This document shows positions 23,661 through 37,200 of a stretch of 64,000 bases of DNA, piece after piece (the stretch's first letter is position 1; each line of letters starts with the position of its first letter). The notes under the pieces were generated by a model. That model was not told where the DNA came from and searched no databases. It worked only from the letters and a program-made list of their open reading frames with translations. Origin of the DNA: Balanoglossus misakiensis. Its lineage: Eukaryota; Animalia; Hemichordata. Location: contig CM082596.2 in NCBI GenBank assembly GCA_040954595.2, positions 9,692,461-9,756,460 of the forward strand, in the 5' to 3' direction. A program made the position numbers and the translations under genes.

Positions 23661-25500
23661 GCTAGTTTATCTTTCTCTATCCTGAGCACTCCGTATTCAG
23701 ACTTGCCCAAGTGAACCGCGACAAAAAAATGACCAAGTTTCCCTGCATGTTTCTTATACCCGACAGATAAAAACGCAGCGTTGATATTGAAATGAATTGG
23801 CTTTATGAAAATGATAAAAATACACTGATAATGTCGTTAAAAATTCTCACAAAAAAGAAATAGAAAAAAAAGGTCTCGAAACAACATCAGTTGTCACCTT
23901 CAGGTTAAAGGCTAGCCCTCCTGAACCATTCGCCATCACGATGTGTACTCGAAAAAGTCGGAAATTTTCCGCACTATATTGCAGCATAACTCGAATGATC
24001 TTATTTGCATCTCAGCGGTGCAAATAAGAGTTCCCTGCACCGCAACGATCTCACCGTTCTTTATTCACTCCTCGGCGACAAAAACGTTCTATTACTGCCT
24101 AAATAACGACTTTTTCGCTCCTTGGTTGGTCATGCGGACGGAAAGACACGGTTTTAGCGAGTTTATCTTTCTCTCTCCTGAGCACTCCGTATTCAGACTT
24201 GCCCAAGTGAACCGCGACAAAAAATGACCATGTTTTCCTGCATGTTTCTTATTCCCGACAGATAAAAAATGCAGTGTTGATATTGCAATGAATTGGCTTT
24301 ATGAAAATGACATAAATTACACTGATAATGTCGTTAAAAAATTTCACACAAAAAAAGAAATAGAAAAAAAAGTGGTCTCGAACCAACATCAGTTGACACC
24401 TTCAGGCAAAAGGCTAGCCTTCCTGAACCATTCGCCATCACGATGTGTACTCGAAAAAGTTGGAAATTTTCCGCACTATATTGCTGCATAACTCCAATGA
24501 TCTTATTTGCACCGCAGCGGTGCAAATAAGAGTTCCCTGCACTGCAGCGGTGCAAATAAGAGTTCCCTGCCGCGCAACGATCTGACCGTTCTTTATTCAC
24601 TCATCGGCGACAAAAGCGTTTTATTACGCCTAAATAATGACTTTTTTGCTCCTTGGTTGGTCATTCGGACGGAAAGACATGGTTTTAGAGAGTTTATCTT
24701 TCTCTTAGCTGAGCACTCCGTATTCAGACTTGCCCAAGTGAACCGCGACAAAAAAATGACCATGTTTTCCTGCATGTTTCTTATACCCGACAGATAAAAA
24801 ACGCAGCGTTGATATTGCAATGAATTGGCTTTATGAAAATGACATAAATTGCACTGATAATGTCGTTAAAAATTTTCACACACAAAAAAAGAAATAGAAA
24901 AAATAGTGGTCTCGAACCAACATCAGTTAACTCCTTCAGGTAAAAGGCTAGCCTTCCTGAACCATTCGCCATCACAATGTGTACTCGAAAAAGTCGGAAA
25001 TTTTCCGCACATTAAGAGTTCCCTGCACCGCAGCGGTGCAAAATAAGAGTTCTCTGCACCGCAATGATCTGACCGTTCTTTATTCACTTCTCGGCAATAA
25101 AAAACGTTTTTTTACGGCCTAAATAACGACCTTTTCGCTCCTTGGTTGGTCATGCGGACGGAAAGACACGTTATTAGCGAGTTTATGTTTCTCTCTCCTG
25201 AGCACTCTGTATTCAGACTTGCCCAAGTAAACCGCGACAAAAAAATGACCAAGTTTCGCTGCATGTTTCTTATACCCGACAGATAAAAACGCAGCGTAGA
25301 TATTGAAATGAATTGGATTTATGAAAATGATAAAAATTACAATGATAATGTCGTTAAAAGTTCTCACAATAAAAAGAAATAGAAAAAAGTGGTCTCGAAC
25401 AAACATCAGTTGACATCTTCAGGTAAAAGGCAAGCCTTCCTGAACCCTTCGCCATCACGATGTCGTTAAAAGTTCTCACACAAAAAAATAGAAAAAAGTG
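23661..25500. repeat. Satellite array segment (~3.5 units)
   Basis: Marker at ~23935, 24438, 24971, 25454. Confidence 0.9.
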
Positions 25501-25995
25501 GGCGCTTGGGCCCCGAACGATTCAGAGAGTTTTACAGCTACTCAAACACTTCTCAGTACTTTTCCTATTGATAGTACCATGTCTTCACACAATGAAATTT
25601 CAGGTCGGCCTTCATCAGTCACTAACCTATGTACTCATGGTGTTCCACTCAACATGGATGTTTAGATGATGCTGTGTATGCGTCTGAGAATCCAGCTTGT
25701 GACGACGGCACACACTGTTTAGGTATTCCAATTTCACCTAAACCGATAGTTACAAATATTACAAGTCAGGATAAACCATACTTTCATCATGATCAAAAAT
25801 TGTCCAGCTGTGATACGTTCGCAAAAATTCTAGTGTGCCACAAAAATTACAATCTGAATCCTCCCACGATTGCCACTTGGGCATGGCCCAGGCTAATAAC
25901 AGCGATTATGACTCTAAAAACCGACATTGTGATGGTGGCATTCATAATGCAGACTCCCAATTTCCCCACCAGTCATCAACAATAACAATCATGAC

Positions 25996-27173
25996 ATGCC
26001 TGTTGATATATTGTCCAACATGCCACAACATCCACAATCCGGGTCCTCCTACAATAGTAATTGTGATTTTATCCAGGCAGGTATCATAGATGATATGCAG
26101 CATACCTCAACAAAAGATACACTTTCAGATCCGCATATGGCAGATTGTGATTTTGAACAAAGTCACAGCGCTCACATCCCAATAGAGTATTGGCCATCTC
26201 CATTGTCCCCCACAGCCTCACTGTCTATTCAAAATCATGTCAAAATTTACAATTCAAATTTACCCAATTACAAAGGGTGCCGCGTTCCAGTTCAGTCAAA
26301 TCTATGCATTCCAATTTGGCGAGCTAAACTACAAGGGTATGATGACTATGCAGTTTGTGACTTCTTAGAATTTGGATGGCCATTGAATTACACATTATCC
26401 CATCACCCACTTCCAGTTTCCACCAACCACAAATCAGCAGTGCTGTACCCAGATCACGTAGACAGATATATCTCTAAGGAGGTAGCCCTAGGCGGGTCAG
26501 TGGGGCCCTTTCACGACAATCCCTTTGACAAACCTCTTATGTTATCCCCGTTATGTTATCCCCGCTTCAAACTGTTGACAAGAAGGATTCGCCGGATCGA
26601 CTGGTGGTTATCGATCCGAGTTTCCCTATCGGCCACTCAGTGAATGATGGGATACCTTCTGATTTCTATTTGGATGGGCCCTTTTCCTTGACTTACCCTG
26701 GCGTCGATGATCTCACTAAGCTTATCAGAATAAAAGGCCCTGGTTGTTTACTTTACAAGCGTGATTTGAAACGGGCTTATCGCCAAATTCCTGCCGATCC
26801 GCATGACTATTTCCTATTGGGGTATAGGTGGAGAGAAATGATTTTCTTTGACACTAAATGCCCTTTGGGTTACGAATGGCCTCCATTGCATGCCAGCGCA
26901 CTACCAATGCAGTCCGGTATATATCACAACAGGAGGGAAGCGATTGTGTGAATTATTTAGATGATTTTGCTGGTGCGGAATCAGTCGATAAGGCTGATTT
27001 TGCATTCACTCAGTTGGGCAATTTACTTATTGAGCTTGGTCTTGATGAATCACCGGGAAAAGCTTGTTCCCCGTCCCCAGTAATGACCTTCCTGGGTCGG
27101 CAATTCAATACTATTGACATGACTATGAGTGTGCCACAGCAGAAATTTGAAGAAACTAAACAGTACCTCCCCA
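25996..27173 (+). pseudogene. DIRS/Ngaro-type (tyrosine-recombinase retroelement) reverse transcriptase remnant
   Basis: Frameshifted ORFs with FLEFGWPLNY, NHKSA, SVNDGI, KRDLKRAYRQIP, MPFGLR, NYLDDF, FLG; truncated by the CACTG element. Confidence 0.82.
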
Positions 27174-27996
27174 CACTGTAAAAATAGCGGACGCCAGACG
27201 TGTAATTACGTGTTCAAACTTTAGACGTTGGTGTTCAAATTTGAACACATAGTGTTCATAGTGTTAACGCCATGTTAAATATTGCACACACTTAACCTGC
27301 ACACAAGGCGTTAACAACCCATCTCCCTCAAGTGTTCAAAACCAATGCAAGATCGTAATTTTGCAATATGTGTGAAAGAATCAACAATGTTCGGTTGTTT
27401 TAGTCTAATATGGTTTTGTCAAATTTGCAATTGCCTGGCTGCCCGGCAAACACATACGATTTTGATATAAGGTGTGGCACACCAAGTGCACGAAAAATAT
27501 CTCCGGTCTGCAGTTGCCAAAAGCATGTTTTTCCTGAAAAGAAGGTCCACACAATAGTTTCAGATATTTAGTTCCGGTTGAAAATTTGAAAAATTGCAAA
27601 AAAACATTAGAAAACCATTTCGTTTTGTTACTTCTAACATTGGCGTGCAAGGTGGCGTTCTATCCCTAAACACTTGGTGTTTAATTTTGGCGCCCTTTTT
27701 TTCATTTGTGGAAACGCGCGAATGCATGAGGTGCGCTGCAGAAGGCAGTCGTTCGGAAGCAAGACCAGACTTTGGTAAGGCATTTTTGAATGAAACACCA
27801 AAACCTTCTATGAATATGTTGATACACGTCATTGTTGGAGCTTCCCATCGGCTTTTAACGTCAAATTTATTCATCATCAGACCTATCAACGGTAGCGGGT
27901 AGTGAAGTCTGCACCTTACTGCACTCTACTGTTGCATTTTTCATGAGCATTGCATAATCATATGTCCTTTTCTTCAATGAATTCATTCTTTATTTA

Positions 27997-30470
27997 ATGT
28001 TTCCAATGGAAGGAGACACATTAATGTGTAATTTGTGTTCTTATAGCACGAATTTCTTTGATTATTATCAAACACATTATATAAGGCGTCACAAAAACGA
28101 TCCCAACTTTTCAGTCTCTTGTGGTATAGGATCATGTAGTTATACTACCCACCGATGGAATACGTTTAAAGTTCATGTCCACAGAAAGCACAGAATAGTC
28201 GATATTCCAAGACCTGCACCTCTTGGAGATGCAGGCGACATCGAAATGGCAGATGTTGACAATCCTGTGCCTTTCAATGACAGAGATGGTTTATCTTTTC
28301 AAAATGCCATGTTTACTCTGGCCTTAGAGGCAAGACACAATCTGTCCCAAATAGCAATAAATGATGTAGTTTCATCCATGGGCATATTGCTTGATGCACA
28401 GCAAGAATACTTCAAAACAAAGTTAAAGCAAGAACTTGATGAACGGAGAGTTGATTCTGAATTTGTTGACAATTTCACTGCTGATCACATGTTGAATGGA
28501 TTGGATACACAGAGTAAAAGGTTGGTGTTTTATGAGAAATGTGGAGATTTACCTTTTGTGAAGCCTTTCGAGGGTGGGTTGGGGATAGATCATGTAACAA
28601 GGAATAACTGCTTGCTTGAAAAAGAAAAAGTTGGCTATTACATTCCCCTTTGTCAGTCTTTGCAGAAGTTGTTGGAGTTGCCAGAGGTATGGGATTTTGT
28701 TCAACATCCACATGTTTCCCAAAATGAATTCATGTTCGACATTTGTGATGGGGACTATATTCGAAATAATCCCCTTTTCCAGCAAAATCCCGATGCATTG
28801 ATGCTAATCTTGAATACTGATGATTTGGAAATTGTGAATCCATTAGGGAGCCATACTAAGAAGCACAAAATAACAATATTTTATTATTTGTTGGCAAATA
28901 TTCCACCTCAATATCGATCAAGGTTAAGTGCAATACAACTTGTTGGAATAGCAAAAACAAGAGACATCAGAGAAAGTGGAGCTTTAGAGAAGATGTTAAA
29001 TGATTTCATCACAATGGTAAATCAAGTATCAGGTGTAGGTGTTGATATGGTTATTGGAGGTAATCACCATCACGTTCATGGCGGGTTAGTGATTGTTCCA
29101 GCTGACACTTCTGCTGCAAACTGGCTTGGAAAGTTTAAGGAAGGAGTAGGCTTTGCATATAAAATATCAGAATGTGTGACTTGTCTGTTAATGACCTTAA
29201 AAACAGGTTGCTTGATTCTACATGCCCAATGAGGAATGGTGAAGTACATAAACAGCGTTGTGAAATGCTGGAGGAGCTTTCAAAGCGTACTCGGAGATAT
29301 TGGAGCAAAATGTGGGGCATTAATGGTACAAGTTGTTTGATGAAATTGGAAAACTTTTCAATCACAACTGGCTTGGTACAAGATCCGATGCATGTGTTTT
29401 TGGAAGGAATAATTCCAAGAGACCTATCCAGTCTGTTGTATCATTGTGTCTACAATTTGAAGTTGTTCTCACTGAAATGGTTTAATGGTCAAATAAACAA
29501 ATTTCCCTATTCATACATACATCGGAAAAGTAAGCCTGAAGCTACATTTGATAAAGGGGATGTTGAAAACTGTTTGGCGGTGAAACAATCATCATCAGCT
29601 CTGTATACACTGTGTCAAATCATCCATTTAATTCTCGGACAAAAGGTAACACAACAAAATGAAAACTCGGTAAATTTTCTCAGACTTGTACAAATTATCT
29701 TGTTATGTACAAGCACCTATTGTACTAGAGAAACGGCACAAGTTCTTCGCATCCTTATTGGAATTTACCTCAGGACAAGCCAGGCACTATACCCTAAATC
29801 ATCATTTATCCCCAAAAAACACTACACAGTACATTTCCCTAATCAAATGCTTATGTATGGCCCACTAAGACACCATTGGTGTGTGAGGTTTGAAGGCAAG
29901 CACTCATTTTTCAAAGCTGTGAAAAGAAAAAACTTCAAGAATCTTCCTTACTCTCTTAGCATGCATCATCAGTTGTACATGTGTCTGAGACAAACTGGAG
30001 TTGATGGAGAAATGTCTTGTAACTTTCTATATGATGGTGATGTGGTAAAGAGTGGTCGTGAGTTCAATTTCAGCAATGATTATCCTGCTTTGGTACATGA
30101 CATGAGTGTTTTATGTGAAAAAGAACCATGTGATGAATGGCTAATGTACAGAACTACATCTATCACTGTCCATGGTCTTGAGTTTCAATTGGGTTGTGCC
30201 CTTGTACTTGATTATGAGGAGGATGAACCATTGTTTGGTTTGGTAAGGGATATAATAGTATATGATAAAGTGAAGTATTTTGTAATTGAGTGTACAGCCA
30301 CGCCATCTGTGTTTGACATTCACATCCTTCACTATGTACTGGAAGCAAATGGCAGACACAATATTCACTCGGTTCAGTCTCTGAAATTTCAGTGGCCTCT
30401 AAATGTATACAGATATGATGGGAAGCTGGTTACAATGAACATCAATGCCCATGTATGTCAAATATTATAA
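27997..30470 (+). pseudogene. EnSpm-type transposase with N-terminal C2H2 zinc fingers, frameshift ~29165
   Basis: DDLEIVNPLGSH, PADTSAAN..GKFKE, DPMHVFLEG, PKKHY..HFP..YGPL..WCVRFEGKH. Confidence 0.87.
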
Positions 30471-30537
30471 CTCCAAATTATTTCTACTAAATTTGAAGGA
30501 CATTTGGCATCAAAAACATTATTAACAGTTTATTAAC

Positions 30538-32960
30538 ATGCCTGTTTACATAGTCTGGAATGCTGACAGAAGCATTAAGAAGTGCGTTGCTGCAAAAACA
30601 CTGGAAGATCTGATAAAAAAGGTAAGTTCAAAACAGTAATATGTGTAAAATGTTTAGGTTTTATCTGTACTCTCATTCCTTGAAAAATAATTGTGAAATA
30701 ATAGAAACATTTTTTTGTTCTTTCCATGCCCGGCATACTAAACACATATTTCAATGATATGCATCATTGCATGGACATGTTTTGTTTGATTTTTCATCGT
30801 GACAGTTAAGACATCACTTTTAACGTAATTGAACATGAAAGTCACCCCTATTTCTGAACCAGGACATCTGATCTTTCTTAAGTCACACGTCACCCTATTA
30901 CTTATTTTTGCATTATTTGCAGGATGTGAAAAGTTGGATTTAACTGGAAATGTAAGAATCGTTACAGAAGCAGACGGTACAGAAATTAAAGAAGATGATA
31001 TACTGGTAGAAATGGCAGGGGAAATTTTGATTTTCCTGAAAGATTCTGAAGTTAGGGTAGAAAGAGATAGGAATGCATCAAGACCAATACAGATCTCACA
31101 TCCAAGTGAAAGCATGACATCACCATCAGGCGATGCAGACAGAACTGGCCACTTAAAGATGACACCCACCAAACCTCCTGCGGAAGATGCTGAAGTCGGA
31201 GAACCAAGTGGAACACACAGCCAGTGCGCTAGTCCAACATTTCAGCATACAGGTAAGTAAATAGCTACGCTGTGCATATTGTTCAATATGTCAAATTGTC
31301 AATCTGTATTTCCTTAGAAATCATGTACATGTACATGTATTAATTTGCAATATTTTTTCAGTAAGTGTTCCTCTTTATCTGTTTGTTTGAATCTTGACAG
31401 GAGATGTTCTTCAAACTATCCTCGATAGTAGCCTGCCAGCATTTTCACCATTAGTCATACAACATTTGAGGGAGAAGAACATTGAGTTGGTATGGAACAA
31501 GTTAATTGCAGAAACAGCTGAGTATTATTATTCAAGATGCCCTGAGATTGGAGAAACCAGTCACTATAGAAAATTGGGTGAAAAAATGTATCTTGCTTGG
31601 CCATGCATAAGGATGGAGTCAGGAAACCATCCCTTGGTAAGATATACCATCAGTGGTTCATAATCACCAATCTATTATGATTTTACTTTGTCTATATTTG
31701 GTACTTCTTGAAACAACAGAAACTTAGACTTAACAATTTCATGTAAAGGTAGCCTTCTCCCCATTAACCAATTAATTTACAAATGGTCAAACTCTAATTT
31801 CAGTGATTTTTTCTCTAGTCCTTCTTCTCAAAAGCAGTATCACAGAAGATAAGGCACATACGTCACAGTTTGAAAGTCAAGAGTAAGCAACCAAGGCGTC
31901 CGGATACCCCAAAAGCCACACCAGGCACGAGATTCAAGTCAGCCGTAGCAGCTCCATCAGTTGAGAAATCAGAGGAGGACATCAAGGCACTTGTCACAGA
32001 ATTAAGAGAGGAGTGGTCTAAGAGCAAGAACAGTAGAAACACAGCCAATATCAAGGCTTTATTGAGGGAGACAGTCAAGTACAGAGATGAAATACTAAAG
32101 AAGAATGACAAGAGTCTGTTGAAGGATGTCGTGGAAGAGTTTCCCTGTTTCACTGATGGTGTTTTTATAAGTTAAATTCAGATGATGATGTACATTCACC
32201 CAGTATCCTCCTAATATTGAGACTTTTATCGACCATACACCCACTGTGTCACTGTTTGTAACGTCTTTCCCCCATCCAACAGGTGTCATTTGAATTTGCT
32301 GTCAGATTTGGTAATGAAAGGTCAAAAGAAATATCTGAACAAATGAAGAAAGTAATTGCAACAAGTATGGTCATGACAGGGAAAACTGTGGATGAAGGAA
32401 ACAACACAGATGTAAGTAACATATTAATTGGTGGTACTGATGATTTCGGATTTTGTAGCAGCATCAACCACAAGAGTAGGGTGCTTTATTGGTTGATGGA
32501 CATTGTTTCCTGAACCCTGTCAACTCTATAACATGTACAGTCAATCCTTTCTATAGTGGACAGTCAAGGGACTTTCCCATACTGACCTTTGTAAACAGGT
32601 CAATAAATGGAAATGTAAAATGCACAAGAACTGTACAAAGTGGCCAATAAAACAGGTTTGACTGTATCTTACATACCGTATAATGTAATCCAGCATTGAG
32701 ATGCATCAAATCCTGGTGGTGATATCATTATTAGGCTTGTTGAAGCAAACATAGTGTGATTTTTTAAAAACATTTTGTATTATGTACAATGTTGTCCAGA
32801 TACAAAAATATGCCAAATTACCTTGTCAGAGTATTTACGAATCACTTGATCTTGTATTTTTTTCAGGATCCTGGTATAATATTGGAGATTGTACAGTTTG
32901 TTGAGAAAGAAACCAAATTTGACCGTGGTGGAAAGAATACTCAACGTTGAACGCTGAATC
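30538..32960 (+). pseudogene. Spliced accessory gene of the CACTA element with N-terminal CIDE-N-like domain
   Basis: Exon 1 MPVYIVWNADRSIKKCVAAKTLEDLIKK (donor gtaag 30622), exon 2 GCEKLDLTGNVRIVTEADGTEIKEDDIL; further GT-AG exons at ~31401, ~31819, ~32284. Confidence 0.65.
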
Positions 32961-33167
32961 ACTATATATCCACATGTAGAATAATATAAATGGTGTCTTG
33001 TATCAAATATAATTAATGGAAAAAGGGCAGCGACACAGAGACTTTGTCCCTTTAACCGCACATTTTCCCTGCTGCTTGCTAGTTCAGGGGCCCGATTTAC
33101 CACTGCCAGGAGTGGTAAAACAGTATTTTACCATAGCTCTCGTCCAATCAGAATCGCGGACGGTAGC

Positions 33168-33212
33168 ATGATATAATATAATATAATATATATATAAATA
33201 TATAATATAATT
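33168..33212. repeat. (TA/TAA)n low-complexity tract
   Basis: atataatataatataatatatatataaatatataatataatt. Confidence 0.8.
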
Positions 33213-33341
33213 AGGGGTTATTCTCGTGATGTCCGTATTTTGACTCGTTTTACGAAGCGCAACTCGGCAAAATACGGACATCACTTGAATACGACGCGTT
33301 ATCGACCAAAATCCGTGTAATAACCCCTTTATCATACATGC
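33207..33341. repeat. ~135-bp hairpin, Crypton-type terminal structure
   Basis: Nested arms aggggttatt/aataacccct and gtgatgtccgtatttt/aaaatacggacatcac; inverted relative at 58782-58928. Confidence 0.75.
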
Positions 33342-34259
33342 TTTGACTGTTTGCGTTTGGAATCGCCGAAATAAGCAGCAAAAACGATAGAAATCTATAA
33401 TTTCCCATTCGTTTTATTGGCGTAATCATACTGATATGATTGAGTTGTGAGTTGACGTCGACCGTATCACCTAGTGATATCAGCCCTCGTAAGGGCTATA
33501 CCATTAATTTAGAGGGGTTCAATTGGGAATTTAACACTGAGAGTTTTTATCATTGAACTGTCTTTGTAGATTTCAAAACACTGTTGTGTTTTATTCATAG
33601 TGTGTGTATACGACCAGTAGACTCAGATATTAGCTTTGAAAGAAAATCATGTCTAATATTCGAAAGTAGAAACATGGACGACCCTTCAGAGTAATCTTGC
33701 GGTCCATAGAGCGTCTGCGCTGCATGACCTGCTTTCCAGTGATCAGCTGTTTTTTCAGCGCGAAAAATGCAGTTAATTTGGACTCGATCATTCCCATGCA
33801 TCTACAAATGCAATCTGGATATTTTAGCAGTTTAGGAAAGTTTTCAAGTGAGAAGATGAAAGATAGGGTAGACAGGACAAGAAGTGAGTACAGTGTATAT
33901 AGTGATAACTTGATTTATTGGCAATGTCTTGAAGCAATTTTATGAAATTTATAATAAACATTCAAAATGTATTAAATGGTATTTTTGTTTTCATTTTTAA
34001 AATGGTTAGGGCCTGGTCAGAATTAACAGGGGGGGGGAGGCCGGTGGATTCAAAATCTGCATGCATGAAAAATACTGACCCTCCACCGATTTCTTGCACA
34101 AAAAATGCTGACCCTCCCCCTTCTCCATGAACAAAATCAAGTGACCCTCCCCACAATATCTGATGATTCATTCTGATTTGTACAATCAGAGATTACTCAG
34201 TCAAACCAGGCAATGTTCACATGTGTACAGAAAATTGTAGACCACTATTAAATACACCT

Positions 34260-37200
34260 CAGTTAGTTATTTGCTTGTTTCCTCCAAAGTGTGACATTTG
34301 CAATACATGAATATTTTGATTCCTATGGCTTTTAAATATTGATTTTGAAATTTCCACTCTCGTTCTTCAACGTACTTTTCCTAGATAAATAGTTATATGT
34401 ACTTCATATCATTGTTAGTATCTAAAACAGAAAAAGTTATTAAATGGACAACCTCGATGATACAAATCATGGAGAATTGTGGGTAAAATATCGTACTGTG
34501 CTCCCCTTCCCTAGCAGTGATGTATCTCTTCATGTAATCACCAGCTGGCCCTGGTTCATCATCTATCCTCATCTGTACCTCTTTAGACACATGCCATACA
34601 TTTTTCTCCATGCAAGTTTTCTCCAGTTCTTTTGTCTGGTCAATTGTTAGGCTGTTTTTTCATCCCTTGTCATGTTCTCATAGGGTTAATGATAATCCCA
34701 CTTCAGGGCTGTTCCATCAACAAGAGCTTCTCCTATGTTTCAAGAGAAATACAAAATAATTAAGAGCCTGATATAAAAAGACAGTGAATAAGGCCTATAG
34801 GCCTATATGCAAATGAATACGCTACAGAATAGTATTCCACAACAGGTGAAAACCGGATTTCAAATATGCACCACGGTACAAACAAACCAATGTGTTGAAA
34901 AACGTCCACAGAAATGCATGTACTCCTATGTATGCACTCACAAACGCGTATTTCTTTGTACTGTTATCACATGACTTCTTGCGCATATGTTTTCAATGGA
35001 ACACTACAGTAGTCTGTGCACAACATTTTAATTCCGGAGCAGCCCTACTGCTTACCTATTGCAGCATTTGATCTTTCTGCCTCATTTTGACCAGAATCCC
35101 CAGGTGCTCTGTGTAGTCGTATCATGCGGTCAGTTCCATGAATTCGTATAAGTTCAGCATCTCTATATCTCACTTCCACATTGCTGACACCAACACCTGG
35201 TCCTGCATCAGTCGTCTTGAGAATATTGCCATACATAGGTGCTTGAACAAAAGAGAGCTTCTGTATGATAATATCACATATGTCAATCAAGCCAGTCAAA
35301 CCAACAAAAAGGGCATCTTTGTTAATGGTCCTGAAATGTAAAAGATAACAAATAAGATAAGCATTCAAAAGTGACTAAAAGCGATAGTTCCATTTTTCCA
35401 AAAGGGGAAATCTGACAGTAATGTTTTGCTGTGATATGCAACATCAGGGTTCGATAACAGAGCCAATGACTGAACTCATTAAATAATTTTACAAATGCAC
35501 CTTATTTCTCCCAGCAGTGACTCTGCATTTTGGATAAGCTGTTTCACTGGCTCTAGCAAATCTGATGAACTCTCCTCCTGTCTTCTTTTCAGATATTCAT
35601 CCAATCTTGTCCATGCCTGCTCCAAATGATGATGCAACCAAGCCAGCTTGTCACCTTCATATTTGCGAAATACACATTTTTGATCAGTTGTCACACATTC
35701 AACATCTTCTTGTACAGTTGTATCTATAAACAAAAGTAGTTATAAAGCATGAATTGAACTGCATAACTAAAGGATGGATAATCACCAACAGGATTGTCCT
35801 CTTTAGCTGACAAAGGGGACTATGGTACAATAAAATGCATTAATTAAAGGGACATTAGATGTAACTTTGGCTATTTTTTCAGTATTTTGGATCTGTGTAT
35901 ATCAGCTTTACGTTTCTCTACATCATGCTGAAATTCCTAGTATTCTCACTCTCAACATAACCTGTATATGTGAAATGACACTGTTATTGTTGACAAATGA
36001 ATTCTAGTCTGGATTAGAATACAATTTACAACAATAACAATGGTAATTATATTCATATAGGTTGTGTTGAGAATCTATACACTGGGTATTTGATCATGAT
36101 TCAGGGATCCAGCGTAGTTGAAAGACACAACAAAAATACTGAAAAAAACTTTTGTTTTGACTTGTCCTGCCTACTTGTTTCAAAAACTATTTATTTTTGC
36201 AAAAAAACAAGACTTGGGGTATTTAATAATAATTGCTTCAGTGGCAGAGCAAACCTACCTTTAAAGTGGAAGACTGTATCATGGACTTGTGCATAGAAAA
36301 TCTTCAAAGCCTGGTTATTTGAAGAATGTCCTTGTTGCTTCTCAAAAAGCTCAGGCTCTTCTCTCCTACAAACCAAAATGTATGGAAGTAGCTCCACACT
36401 TAGTATTTGTAAGGCAGGATATGTATCTGTTCAACAACTATACAAAACTCAAAATTTAATCATACTTTGGTATTGTTAGAATGTTACCTTAACATCAAGT
36501 AGTCAGAGGCCCAGACACTTCCACTGCTCCCAATGAAATGTTTAGGTCGAATCACCACCACAGTTTGATCCTTTTAATTGACAAGTTCTTTATTTCCTTA
36601 TAAGGGAATAAGAAAATTAGGAGATAATGTAAAAAGGTCTCATAAAGACAGGTTGATTCTGATTGGTCAATTCCTATATTAAATTACTCATTTCCCAAGT
36701 GTACAAGAAGTACATATGTGAACAATGTTTTGGATTTTTATATTTGGCAATTTAGATATCTGTACTAAGTATATTCAGCAAACTAGTGCATTAATCACAC
36801 TTACCTTCAACAGTTACAGTTTTGGCAGAGATGAAGCGGAATGAGGTCGGAGTGACATGTACTTCAGGCGTACTAAAATCATGTTGAGGGAGTTTGTTCT
36901 GTTTTTCCGGGTTTGTAACATCATAGATTACACCTTTCTTAACATCTCTTGCTCCAACTATTAAACCAAAACAGAAGACAAAAACTGATTACATTTCATG
37001 TCACACAGCTTCATGCTTTCCAATGATATATAGTTCATATGGGTTTTTCACTATTTGAAAGAAGAGACTGTTTGGAAAGGGACTGTTTCTTGTCCTGGGC
37101 CCTTAATCCATGAATCAACAAAATTTTACTCACCATCAGTTCCTGGTCTTAGGTAAGCTTTATCATCCATACTGATCATAAGGCTGTTTGACCATTCCGA

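Larger units (their letters stand above)
27174..32960 (+). mobile_element. CACTA/EnSpm (CMC) DNA transposon, right end not found
   Basis: Begins CACTGTAAAAA followed by gtgtt/aacac subterminal motifs; transposase plus a spliced second gene. Confidence 0.8.
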
